Positions 10,841 to 23,040 of a stretch of DNA of 64,000 nt are shown in pieces. The notes under the pieces were generated by a model. That model ran no database searches. It saw nothing but the letters and a program-made list of their open reading frames with translations, and was not told the DNA's origin. The translations under genes and the position numbers were made by a program. Position 1 is the stretch's first letter. Each line of letters starts with the position of its first letter. The DNA comes from Octopus bimaculoides (lineage: Eukaryota): contig NC_068983.1 of the NCBI RefSeq assembly GCF_001194135.2, positions 107,292,311-107,356,310 on the forward strand, read 5' to 3'.

Positions 10841-12569
10841 CACACACACACACACACACAAATATATATAATTCCAAAAATAAAGTAATAATTGTATATA
10901 ACATAAACAAAATAATATTTATTTACATATTTACTAGTGCAGTAAATAAAGTTTATTGCTTGAGATTTTATGGCCAGCAGAAATTGTCAATGGGTGTAAG
11001 CAGAAATAAACTTCAGAGAAATTGGAAGGTAGAATTTCTTATTCATACATTAACAAAAGATATTTTGCAGAATAATGAAATGAAAAATCTGTGACCAGGA
11101 ACCAAAACTAGCTCACAAACTTTATATTGGTCTTACCTCTTATTCTTCAACATTAGTCTGCTATAACAATCATATTACCAACCACACACATCAGGAAATG
11201 TCAACAGAGTACTAGCTTATATCATTGTTAATGAAGGGAAAAGCCATTCTCTCTTGATCTGTTATGAGTATGTCTTGATGTTGAAAACATGTTTTTAAAT
11301 GTAGGGGAATTTACACAGGAGATGGATGTGTTTGAATGGCATTAAACAAAAAGTTATGTAACAATGATATATGAACATAGACCAATACATAATAAACTGA
11401 GATATATTCCCATAAATCAATCCTTTTATGAAGATTAATTTTTTTTATTATTCAGTTGTACAGTTACTCAAGTGGCTTCTATATTAATCAAATTATTAAA
11501 TAGTGAGTGAATTGTGTAATTCAACCCCCCTTTGTTTTATTACTATATTTGTGCATATAAGTAAATTTATCTGATAAATTTTATCATTTGGGACAACTTT
11601 CTCTTTCACTACAAATGATAGACAGAAATAAAAGGATTTTAATGTGCTTCTTTCTACAGCTAACTGGCATTTAGTTGGACTTTGATTGTGTGATATTTTC
11701 TCCTCAAAGTGAATAGACAATATTTGCACTGAATATGTTCAATTTATTTACTAGAATTGCATTCACTATAAACTTTATGACATTTCAACATTTCAATTTC
11801 TCTGAAATAATTTTCCTTGTTTAAGCACCATGTAGGTTATTATTGATCTATGTATTGGTTTCAATTAGTTGTATTCTTTTAATGACTATTAATATTTAAT
11901 ATGTCTGGGTTAATATAAATTAAGCTTTACAATTTTACTTTTTTTTAATGGTTAATAAATTTCCATTTTTCACAACAGAATTGTCATTATACAGGAGTAA
12001 ACACTGAAAGGATGGCATTCATAAGTGGATGAAGAGAAATGGTTCACTACCTACTTGTAGATCTTCAGATTATTGTGATTTCTTTTATTTAAATTTCCAA
12101 TACATTCTCTGTATATTTTGATATGTAGTTGTCAGGTAGCTGACAATCTGTTCATTTATAATTGAAGACTGTAGATGACCACAGCTAATATGACATAGTA
12201 GTTTCAGTTAATGTTCAAATGATTATGAATTAACTGCTAAGATTTTAAGTTATTATAAGCACTAATTTAAGACAAAATAATAAGCCTGCTTGCCGGACAA
12301 ATATTATGCTTCTGTTGCTTGTCAATTAACTGCTTTATCAGCTACACTACAAAATACTTGTCCCCCTCTCTTCTCTTATTAGTTACTATAAATCTTTTTT
12401 GGCTATTTTAAATGTAGATATTTTATTTTTACAAGACAATTTCAGTCACTTAGCACTAGCAGGAATGGCTATTTTACTAACGTCCCACATAGCAAGATGT
12501 TCCAACTCACTTCAGTGTTGCTTATAATGTTTTATATTGGTTGCAAATATTACTGGTAATATATTTCTG

Positions 12570-12700
12570 CAGTGGTTAACTTTGCCTTTCATCTTTTCAG
12601 GGTTGATAAAATAAGTACCATTTGAGCACTGGGGTCAGTGTAGTCAACTTACTTCCTCCCCCTAAATTGTTGGCCCTGTGCCTAAATTTGAAACTGATAT
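12570..12700 (+). mobile_element. SINE family B 3' part
   Basis: TTTGCCTTTCATC...GATAAAATAAGTACCA...GCACTGGGGTC...AAATTTGAAACT; ATATTACTGGTAAT occurs on both sides (possible TSD). Confidence 0.75.
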
Positions 12701-13220
12701 TACTGGTAATATTCTGGTAACTGTGATTGGTATGATATTTCTCCTCTGAATTAGTGATTTATAAATAATACTTTCTTAAATTAAGTCGTGTGACATAGCC
12801 TAAAATTAAGCTCATAGTAAAATATGATGTCTATTTAAGAAACTACTTTGTACATCAAGAAAAATTAGTTCTTCCCACTTTTTCACTGATCTCATATCTC
12901 AACATTTTGATTGTGATTATGTCATTTCTCAAAAGATGTTTTTAGAGTCTCTTTGATCTTGAAAAATCACATTCAAATCAAAGAGTTTTTGTACTTAATT
13001 TCCTACTAGATAGATTGATTTGCTTAATGACACAGTGTAATGCTTATGACTCAAAATGAACATGATCTACAACTTAAGAAGCTACTATTTTCTTCACTAG
13101 TCTACTGTATCTCTTCTTTATCATTCTTCTCATTTTATTATTTTGTAGTTTTTTTTTTCTCTCTCCCACCTCCTTATTGTCATCAATATTATTATTTACT
13201 AACATTTTTCTTCACACTAG

Positions 13221-13261
13221 AATGAAACAGGCAACTTTACAGGATCTCCAATTGTTCTTTA
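13221..13261 (+). CDS. candidate 41-nt exon (NETGNFTGSPIVL or MKQATLQDLQLFF)
   Basis: Strong acceptor tttttcttcacactag and donor A|gtaagt. Confidence 0.25.
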
Positions 13262-14219
13262 GTAAGTAAACCTAACACACATTGATTTTCCAAAATTCCT
13301 TTACAATTTTCAGTTTCCTTTTCAAGCCATAAATTTTATCGCTTTGAAGACTGTTCATCTTAATGTTTGCTTTGATTATATTAATAGCACAACTGTTGGT
13401 GTTAAGTAGTCACTAACCTGATACCTCTTATCTTTAAACTGACCACTGATTCTTTGGCTTAAGATCTCTATTAGTTCTATTGCTAATCTGTCTATAAATT
13501 ACAAATATTCATAAATAGAGGAAATTCGGGTGTGATATTCAGGTGATATAACTCACTATCTTTGTGAAATTATTTCATAATAATGGAATTGAGAAAATTG
13601 TATAATTAAAGAAATGATTATACAAAACTTCTGTTATCATTCATTTACTTAAATTCATTGCATTTCTCACTTGTTATATTCTCACCTGAAGCCACAAGAA
13701 AAGATCATCACTATCATTATCCTCATTACCTTTTCTCCTATGTTTACGTGTGAAACCAATGTGCACATGCTTTCAGTTATGATGCGTCACTTTGATTAGA
13801 TCAGCTAGGCACCCTGTTGATGCAAGATAGAGGAGACTGTTTTTGAATGATCTCTGCTCTGTTACATGTTTCATGTAGTGATGAAAGGAAAGGATTCTGT
13901 CATGACAGTGAATACACATTGATGAGGTGATGGGCAATTGAGCAAACAATTTGTTGCATTGCTGGTTGTCCCTGCCAACCTACCAACTGCAAATGTCTCC
14001 CGATCAGGCTGACCTGGAGCTTCATAACAATAACATCATTGTTATCATTATTGATTCCTTCCATTAAGTGAATACTTAAAGAGAGTGATGAGGGCTATAG
14101 CTAATTAATTCAATCTTAGCACATGTCTGCTACTTATTTTTACCAACTTTCTGGGACTGACAATAAAAATACCAATCATCCACTTCTACATATATGTGGA
14201 CCTGTGTTGATTAATATAA

Positions 14220-14400
14220 TTAAGGTGATAATAAAATATCAAAGTCACTAGAATTGCCACTACCAAAACAACCATCAGAATCACCCCCAATCCCACCAGA
14301 ACTCCTCCCACTACCAACACCACCAGAGCTACTGCCACTAGAACCATTGCTGTTGTCTGTCTTCACTGCCACCATCACGAGCAACACAACCAAACAACAT
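14220..14400. repeat. cryptic (CCA/ACT) trinucleotide low-complexity tract
   Basis: Degenerate ccaccagaactcctcccactaccaacaccacc repeats; explains the Pro- and Gly/Ser-rich pseudo-ORFs. Confidence 0.7.
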
Positions 14401-14559
14401 GAGAAATTTTTTAAATTGTCACACAACAGAATGGAAAAGAGAAGGGAAAAGAAGCTTGCTCTTTGAAATATTTTGTAAAGGGGGAAGAATTTTGGAATAC
14501 TTCTAGACATCACGTTTCCTAAATGACAAGGTAGGATACTGATTTTTAACCTCTGTAGA

Positions 14560-15020
14560 TATAGAGTACTGGAGAGATAATCGGAGAGTTTTGGTGCAGA
14601 CCCCTAAATTACACCACATGACACTGCCTAGCAATCTCTTCATGAGAACATACCTCTCAACTTATACACAATGGAAGCCCTGAACCTCTGTCTTAATTAT
14701 TGTGGGAATGTAAATAGTAGTATACTATTCTCATGGGAGAAAGTTTTTGACTTGGCTTATTAAATTATTCTCCCACATAATATAATAACATGTCCAGCAA
14801 AATATGGTGGCTTTCCATCAGAGGGCCTTCATAAACCAATAAAAGATTTCCCACACGGACTTCAACTTGCCAGAATAGCAGACAAACCTCTGAATTATTA
14901 ATAAAAGAAAAATATAATGGATAATGTACTGCTAGATACATAAAAGATATTATGGTCACACTTAAAATATCTTTAATTGTGTAAGTCTGCACAATCGGTA
15001 TTGATTTGAATAATGACAAG
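14560..15020 (+). mobile_element. heavily decayed L1/Tx1-like RT relic
   Basis: Frameshifted pieces KPI..HTDFNLARIADK (RPISLLNTDYKILAK) and IMDNVLL..KDIM...TIGID (I.DN.LL..DI...LD). Confidence 0.4.
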
Positions 15021-15519
15021 ATGATGTGTAAGTTTTCTTCTTTGAATTGTTCACCATAACTGTTTGATATTAAGCTAAGAAAAGTCTATAAAGCCCTCCA
15101 TCTCTGAAAGAAAAGGAGAGTAGATACTCCCCAATATAAAACAAAACAAACTGAAATTGAAAAACAGCATCAAGAGAGTGCCCAAGAATGTGAACAATAA
15201 TAAAAAGTAGCTTAGATTTCAGTGGTTCCCTTAAAGTGAGTGACTTGAGGGAAAAAATATTAAATGATTAATCTGTTTTACAGTTGGCTCTTAGGATCTT
15301 TGAGCAGAGTTGAGGTTGTTCCAAGCACTTAGAGCTGGTTTCCAGTTTCAAGATAATCTATGAGTCACCAGTCTTTGAGGCTCTGATAAAGGCCAGGGGT
15401 AGTGACCTATAGCTTAGATGAAAAGCATACTCTATGCACTTTTATTGAATTTCATTTAATAGAGATGACATAATTAATGGTATTTTCAGCCATGAAGCAG
15501 GAAATACTTTTGAATATGA

Positions 15520-16900
15520 CAGTTGAACTCAGATTATAAGGCTTCATTACTAAACAATGCAAACCATTTTCTCTGCAAATATAAAAGTTCCATATTCAAG
15601 TTATCTCTGTTTCCAGATCTTTATATTTGGATAATTCCTTCATTTCTTCAAGAAATATATTGCCAATCTGTTGGGAATGATATGCCACTTAGGAAATATT
15701 TTACTGGGTGGTCCTTCACAACAATATCTGGTCAATTAATCATAAGCTTTCTGTCAGTGTGTATTAGTATATCCCAGAGTATGGTCACTTTCTTATTCTT
15801 TGAGACATTTTCTGATGTATGCCTATGCCTTTTCTATTTTCGTTGGTATTTGACTGTGCCAGATATTTTTTCAGCTTATGTAAGTTCCAACTCTGTGATC
15901 CTGTAGATGTTTTCTTCTGTGGTTAAGACTGAACAACCATAGGTTATGTGTGTAATTGTTTCTTCTGCATTTTGCTTCCTTACAGGCTTTAGTGTTTTCT
16001 AGCCAGAAAGTTTTAATCCTGTGCTGCAATCAAAAGCTTTCAGTTTCAGTTTTGAGTTCTGTGCATCTTAGCTATTATTATTATGTTTTTTTCATCTACT
16101 TCTATCCTGCTTAGTCTTTTTAAGTGTTCACTATGTTGGGACTTTTCTTGCCATTGCTTTATCATGGCACATTGTGGCTCTGTTTTTAGTTTAGATTTTC
16201 GTTTTATCATAATTTCTGTTCTTGGTTCTCCTTCCACTTCACTGCTGTCTGTCATTTCAGCATTTGTTTCATATTTGCTTCTTCGAAGAGAGAAAGCAGA
16301 TCTTTTTGTTTTCTTTGTGTTTCATAACTATTTGCATTAATTTTACATTATTCTCCTTTAGACATTTTTGTAGTTTCCCAGTGGATATTTTATAATATTT
16401 TTCCAATGCACAAAGCCCCAACTTCCTATTTAGTAATTTGAGTGATGTTTTCTAAATGTGTCATTATTTTCCAGTCTGGTCTTCTTAGTTCATTCAGTGT
16501 CTTATTGTGAAAATTATAATTATAACTTATTACTGGGACAAATAGAGTACTGATATCTATTTCTTAGTTTGTTTTTCTTTTTCTGTTTGCATTTAGCTGT
16601 TTTAAGTATTCATCTAAAGTGTCTCTGTTCCTTTCTAATCTCTGCTTACAATTATGTATGTTGTGCACTCTCTAGTCCATTGGTTCCAAACTATTTGTAT
16701 GTCTGTTTGCTTTAATTCTCTTATCTCAAATTCTTTATCTGGCATTACATTAGTGTTCCTAATTAATTTTCCTCTGTTCAAGATTGCCTTTGAGCATTCT
16801 CCTAATCTGAATCTCATATCACTTTCCTTGGTAAATCCACACACTGTCCACAGTTGTGTTTCTACTTGTTTATCAACTCTAACATACAACTTGAAATCAT
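15520..16900 (-). mobile_element. decayed R4/Dong-clade non-LTR retrotransposon (RT C-terminus plus REL endonuclease)
   Basis: LWTVCGFTKESDMRFRLGECSKAILNRGKL (RT end), TILWDILIHTDRKLMIN*PDIVVKD and KELSKYKDLETEIT (REL PD..D..K region). Confidence 0.75.
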
Positions 16901-17484
16901 TCTTTATTGCTGTTATTGTGTTTTGGCATGAGTGGAGGTATTCAGTTTGTTCTCTCTATGGGTTTTGGATACCACATCTGTACTTGATGGGAAAAAAATA
17001 TTCTTTTGGGATATTTTACTGATAAGAAAAATGTAGAATATTTGATATTCACCTTGTTTACCCTGGGGTGGAAAAAAATAGGTCTTATTTTGAACATTTT
17101 TTTGCCTTTTTGTATATTTTGTATGCAATAATTACTATAAATACAAAATGACTTCATCTTATGGAAAAGTGGAAAGAAGTGCTCCCCTGCTCTAGTAGTT
17201 GTACTAATATATACGGACATGTTCTTGAAATACAAGTATTTCCAAATATATTAACACAGATTTGAAAAAAAACAAAAAAAAACAAAAAGAAAACTAACAA
17301 CACTGAACAAACAGTGACAGAAAATATTACATACAAAAACGCTATCATGAACTTGTTAAAAACATCAATAATGTAAGTTTTAGTAGTGTTGCAAATGACA
17401 AACATAATGTTTGGACATAGTTAGACTCAAATAAAGAAAACATGCAGGAGGAGCATGTTACAAAAGACAGTACAAAGACAATGC

Positions 17485-17800
17485 TCTTCTCAATATGTGT
17501 GATGTACCACTTAAGACAATCTTTTTCACTTCCAGCATGGATGGTAAGCCAGGGATCCTTCTTAAATAATTTTCAGTTCCTTTTTTGATCATTCCAAGTG
17601 CTCCTACAATCACTGGTAAACGTCTTGAGATGCTACATCTTTTCAATTGCCATTAGCAAATCTTTATATTTTCTGAGCTTATCAAATTCTTTTGCTGAGA
17701 TATTATGGTCACAGGGTATGCTCATGTCAATCAATAAACAGACTTTGTTGCTTTGGTCTTTCAGAACAATATCTAGTTTATTAGCTTTGATGGTCCATAT
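17485..17800 (-). mobile_element. R4/Dong-clade 3' fragment (REL endonuclease C-terminus)
   Basis: KANKLDIVLKDQSNKVCLLIDMSIPCDHNISAKEFDKLRKYKDL and PVIVGALGMIKKGTENYLRRIPG...QKIVL.GT.HILRRAL pattern. Confidence 0.85.
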
Positions 17801-17821
17801 CATCATTATCATCATTATTAT

Positions 17822-18320
17822 AAGAGCAGCAAGCTGGCAAAATCGTCAGCACACAGGGCAAAATGCTTTGTGACTATCCCTCCATCTTAACATTCTGAGT
17901 TCAAATTCCACGAAGATCAACTTTGTCTCTCATCTTTTTGGGGTTGATGAAATAAGTACCAGTTATGCACTGAGATCAATGTAATTGACAAGCTCCTTCC
18001 CTCAAAATTTCATGCCTTGTGCCTATAGTAGAAAGAATTATTATTATCAATATTATTATTATTATCATTATTATTATTATTATTATTGTTGTTATTATTA
18101 TAAGAATGGCAAGCTGGCAGAATCGTCAGCATGCCAGGTGAAATGCTTAGCAGTATTTCAGCCGTCGCTATCTTCTGAGTTCAAATTCCGTCGAAGTCAA
18201 CTTTGCCTTTCAACCTTTCACAGTTGATAAAATTAGTACCAGTTATGCACTGGGGTTGATGTAATCGACTTAATCCCTTCCCCCAAATTTGAGGTCTTGT
18301 GCTTCCAGTAAAAGGATTAT
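17822..18320 (+). mobile_element. two head-to-tail SINE family B copies separated by (TAT)n
   Basis: Both read AAGCTGGCA.AATCGTCAGCA...CTGAGTTCAAATTCC...AAGTACCAGTTATGCACT...GCCTTGTGC; TAT arrays at about 18040-18100 and 18325-18370. Confidence 0.85.
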
Positions 18321-18328
18321 TAGTATCA

Positions 18329-18371
<43 letters not shown>

Positions 18372-18959
18372 GAACTGTTTCTTCTGCATCTGCATATGCA
18401 GCTGTTGAAGTAATAGTTATAGTAGCATTTGCATTAGTAAAGATAGCTCTATCATTGTTGGCTATGATAGCAGGCAGTTGTTACACAGGCAGCACTAGCA
18501 GCAACAACAGCAGTAGGAAAAGCTGCTGTGGTTGTGATAGCAGTAGTTGTTGAAATGGAAAGAGCATGCTTCAGCTTAGCCATCAGCTATAATATTCAAC
18601 TGAATAACTAATACTCCAATGCAAATAAAATTAAATATCAGTTGTTGTACTTGAAGAAATAGTTCAAAATACACAGAAAGTAAGAATTGAATAGCACCAG
18701 CTTAGTGAAGATTTCTCCTAAAATAACATGCAATTCTTTTACTTGGGTGATATTGTAGAACTAAACGCTCACTCAAATATAGGTTATAGAGAATGAATAG
18801 AAAATGGATGAGCCAAATAAAAAAGAAAAACAAAAACAAATTTCTCTATTAGAATTTTATTCATTTACCTGGACATATTTTTTTTTAGATTTACCATGTA
18901 TATATGCTTCTGTGCAAATATATGTACATATATGCAAACCTACAGGGATGCTTACATAT

Positions 18960-19044
18960 GCATGTGTGCATGTGTGTGCATGTGTGTATGTATACATATC
19001 TATCTATCCACACACACACACACACACACACATAAAGTATATAC

Positions 19045-19131
<87 letters not shown>

Positions 19132-19150
19132 TAAAGTATATACATATATA
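18960..19150. repeat. compound microsatellite (TG/CA/TA)n
   Basis: Long TA run with CA and TATC blocks. Similar arrays occur at about 7200, 10750, 19650, 35130, 51300-52250, 52580, 61680 and 63100. Confidence 0.95.
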
Positions 19151-19743
19151 TTGATAATTTATTGTGAGAATCTGAAAATGACAGATATCAAGTTATGAGA
19201 TAAAATTTTTAATTGATATTTTATTTATTATTAATTTTCTTCGTGAAATTAAATACAAATATAGCCATACAGTCGGATTTCATTTGTATGACATTCAAAT
19301 GTTTTCATATAAATATTGATATTATTCAGTTCCTTTTAATTTCTGGAAGGTACTTGAATTAACTGATATCAGTTGCTAAGGCCTCAGAGAAATAAACCAT
19401 TGTGATGGCAAGAGTTAAAAACGTTATTTGAAATGTGAGATTAAAGTATTCTACTGCTAATTATCCTGCTTAGGTAAAATTATACAAAGCCATATTAATA
19501 TGTGTCTGCATGTGCATGTGCTTAGTATCTTTAATGTAAACATGATTTTGGCTTGCAGCTACTTTATAGGAAACTACAATACATTTATATATACATTGTA
19601 GATTTCTTGCATACTCAAATATACATTCAAACATATATACATGTTTGTACATGAGAATTTGTGTGTGTTTGTGTGCATGTGCGTGTATATGTAAGTGCAT
19701 ATTTTTATATATATATGTGTGTGTGTGATAATTATGATATATG

Positions 19744-19787
<44 letters not shown>

Positions 19788-20914
19788 ATCAGTTCGCCTG
19801 TAAAACAAAAGAGCGCTCTTCTCTAAAGTGCCTTTTGCTGTTAATAAACTTTAATAACCCTACCCAACACATGTATAAAATACTCATTTGATCTATGATC
19901 TGGCTCGCCCATACCAGCATGGAAAGCAGGTGCTAAATAATGAGGATGATCTTCCCAGTATCATACTGGTCATATTCCAATGCTATTCAAAGCCTAGCTC
20001 AGTGTCTATAAGGAGAATTTCTCTTCTGAGACAGTTGCTGCAGTGAAGGTCTCTTCACATTTTAGTGTACATGAACATGTTAAATATAAATGCATGTAGC
20101 TTTAAGTTCTAATTAACACTACTTAATATGCCTTTGATTAATTAATTCGAGCTTGACAAAGCTTTGCACACACCAGTGAATCTATTATTTGCAGTTTACA
20201 TATAAAAATGCAGTTCTTAGTGGTTATGAACGACACATTTGATTTCTATAGCTGACGAAGTGTAACAACAAAGAAACTTGTATTTTACAGTCCAATGACA
20301 TCATTCATAGACCAGCTTGGTGTGTTTTCATGCACTGTCTATAAAGAGAATTTTTCTTTTGACATAGACAGCACAGTGAAGAACTTGCCACAACTGAGTT
20401 TATATGAATTGTGTTTCTGTTAAATTATAAGTGCACATTATTTTATTTTTCCCCTCCCTCCAGTTTTCTCTATTAATCTAACCCCAACACAACTCCTTCA
20501 TTGCTCTACTACCAGCTTTTCACAACAATAAACCTATTCCATCCATCACAAGGGTTCTCTTTTCCTAAGGTGACCCTACTAGTGCTGACAGGGTCACCTT
20601 TAGTGGCACCCAGTATTCTGTAAGTGGTTGGTAATGAATTCAAGAAGCAGCAACAATGAGTTTGAAAGGCCCCTTTTAGACTTTTTGAATCATTCAACTT
20701 ATACCTGATTGGAGAATGGGTATAAGATAGCAATGATGATGTTGATGATTGTATGTATGTATGCATGCATAACAATCACAGAAGTCTGGTGCAGGCTTCG
20801 GCCTGGCTGGCTCTTGTGATACTGTCCTACCTATGCTAGCATGAGACACAGATGTTAAATGATGATGATGATGATGATGATGATGATATGCTTTTATCTA
20901 TAGTTATGTATATA

Positions 20915-21040
20915 AAAAAATTAGGCATGTGGCCTAGCAGTAAGTGTGTTGTATTCACAATTGCAAGACAATGGGTTCGATGCCTGGATAGGGTAGTGCA
21001 TTGTATTCTTGAGTAAAACACTTCTTTTCGTATTACTCTG
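20915..21040 (+). mobile_element. SINE family A 5' part
   Basis: GGCATGTGGCCTAGCAGTAAG...GGGTTCGATGCCTGG...CATTGTATTCTTGAGTAAAACACTTC, a tRNA-like head. Confidence 0.65.
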
Positions 21041-21094
21041 TTATTATTTCTACATTAGAAATTTTGACACATTTTCAACTTTTTTCTCAATGTT

Positions 21095-21150
<56 letters not shown>

Positions 21151-21169
21151 GTAGTGTTTATTCCCCACT

Positions 21170-21359
21170 TTAACGTAGATGTTCTTTTAGAGATGATGAT
21201 ATTGCAAGGAAGTCATCTCCTCCAGCTGGTTTATTCAGTGCTTCTTGTACCCGATATTCATTGCAAATGGGAGATAATTCATGCCATCCTTGCTTTGAAC
21301 CACCAGACCATGTGATTTCGATCTTATTGGAACTCAGGCATGGTAGTAGTTTAACCTTG
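21170..21359 (-). CDS. candidate terminal exon or TE fragment (KVKLLPCLSSNKIEITWSGGSKQGWHELSPICNEYRVQEALNKPAGGDDFLAISSSLKEHLR*); strand uncertain
   Basis: GC-richer open frame behind a ttttctatatattgcaag/caag acceptor; the + strand also gives an open AG/GT-bounded frame at 21191-21342. Confidence 0.3.
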
Positions 21360-21487
21360 CTTGCAATATATAGAAAACGCATACAATCACTGATTTTGTA
21401 ACTAAGAAACTGGTCCAGTAGAAAATCTCTGTTTGAGATGTTCACATACATTATATATATATTTATATATGTATGTATATATGTATA

Positions 21488-22474
21488 CGAGGTAGTATGG
21501 AAAAGTTCCTGGACTAGTTCTGCCATGTTCCAACAGATGGCAGTACATGGTTGATATGCCCAGTGAGAGATAGCAGTGACCTTTGTGAGACAATGTGCTG
21601 AGTGACATCTCTGTGTTTACTCAAACGTGATATGTTCTCTATAGTGCTGTTTGTCTCAAAAGAAAAATCCTCTTTACAGACGATTTATGAAAGTACACCA
21701 GGCTGGTTTACGAATGATGTTGTAAAATTTGTGTTTTTGTGATCACATATCTGTGATTTTGTCATGGACAGGAACAAAGAGCCAATGTGAAATTCTGTGT
21801 TAAACTCGAGAAGTTTGCTACAGAGATACAGAGAAGTTGAGCATGTTTCAGCAAGCTTACAGCAATGAGATGATGGGTTGTATGCAACGTTTCAAGTGGC
21901 ATGGGTGTTTCAAAAACTGAAGAGCTTCCATGGAAGATGATAAATGATCTGGAAGACGTTCCATGAGCGTCACCCTCAGAAATGTGGTATTGTGCATGAA
22001 GAATTCATCCCCCCAGTGCCAGACCATCAATGAAGAGTTCTACTATGATGTTTTGAAGCACTTGAGCGGGGACATTTGGTGAAAGCAACCTGACCTGTGG
22101 AGCATGAAGTATTGAATTCTTCATGATAATAATGCACCTTGTCAACGAGATCTCCTCACTTGTGAGTTTCTCACCAAAAACAACATGGTATCACTTTCAC
22201 ATCTGCCCTATTCCCCAGATTTAGCACCCGCAGACTTCCATCTCTTTTCCAAGATGAAAATGCAGCTCAAAGGTTGTTGTTTTAACACTGTTGTTGAAAT
22301 CCAGAATGAATCACAGAAGGTCTTGCTTACGGAAAACAACTTTCAAGCTGTATACCAAAAGTGGCAAGAACACTGGGACTGGTGTATTGCTGTGCAAGAG
22401 GACTATTTTGAAGGAGATGATAAGTTATTTTTTATTAAATATAACAAGTCCTGGAACATTTTGATACCACCTCA
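21488..22474 (+). mobile_element. mariner (DD34D-type) DNA transposon, internally deleted and non-autonomous
   Basis: TA flanks; TIRs CGAGGTAGTATGGAAAAGTTCCTGGACTAGTT / TGAGGTGGTATCAAAATGTTCCAGGACTTGTT. Transposase remnants MFQQAYSNE..., SGRRSMSVTLRNV, ILHDNNAP, LPYSPDLAPADFHLF. Confidence 0.93.
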
Positions 22475-22639
22475 TATATATATTATGTATGTGGGTATGT
22501 ATATATAAATATATGTGCTTTCAAATGCCAATCACTTTAAAGAAGCTAGTGAGTGCAATTTATTTTACTACTAACACTGGAGAAGTTGTCATATCTTTGC
22601 TGAGACTAAAGAGTCCTAATTACAAAGTGACAGGAGTAG

Positions 22640-23040
22640 AAGGTTAATCAGGTGAGGGGTGAGAACAGAAAGAGAGATAGTGTGAGACTGCTACATGATT
22701 GTTGTTAGCAAGAAGACTGAATAGGAAAAGTTGGTATGATAAGGGAGAAGAGAGTGATAGGGAAGAAAGAATAATTATAAGAGGGAGAAATGAAAAATGA
22801 TGAAGAGTTATGTATGTTAACAATGAATGTTAGAAACAGGAATAATATAAGAGAAAGACAGAATAAAGGACTGAAAAATAGCAATAAAAATGGCTGATTG
22901 TGAAAGATTAAATGAGGAAAAACAATAGAGTTAGTAAAAGAAAGTATGGTTATCCAAAAAAGAGTGACATTGTGTGAGAAGGAGTAATGTTGACAGAGTA
23001 AAAGGGCAATGGTGAATGGTGTTGAATATACATAGATACG
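22640..23040. repeat. GA-rich low-complexity tract
   Basis: Purine-rich gagaagagag/aagaaag repeats. Confidence 0.6.

Noticed and set aside
14220-14513. Gly/Ser-rich and Pro-rich ORFs
   Set aside because: Translations of a cryptic trinucleotide repeat.
17822-18320. Regularly spaced repeats as a possible CRISPR-like array (also 43921-44574)
   Set aside because: Units are about 200-bp SINEs with no unique spacers or cas genes, in a eukaryotic context.
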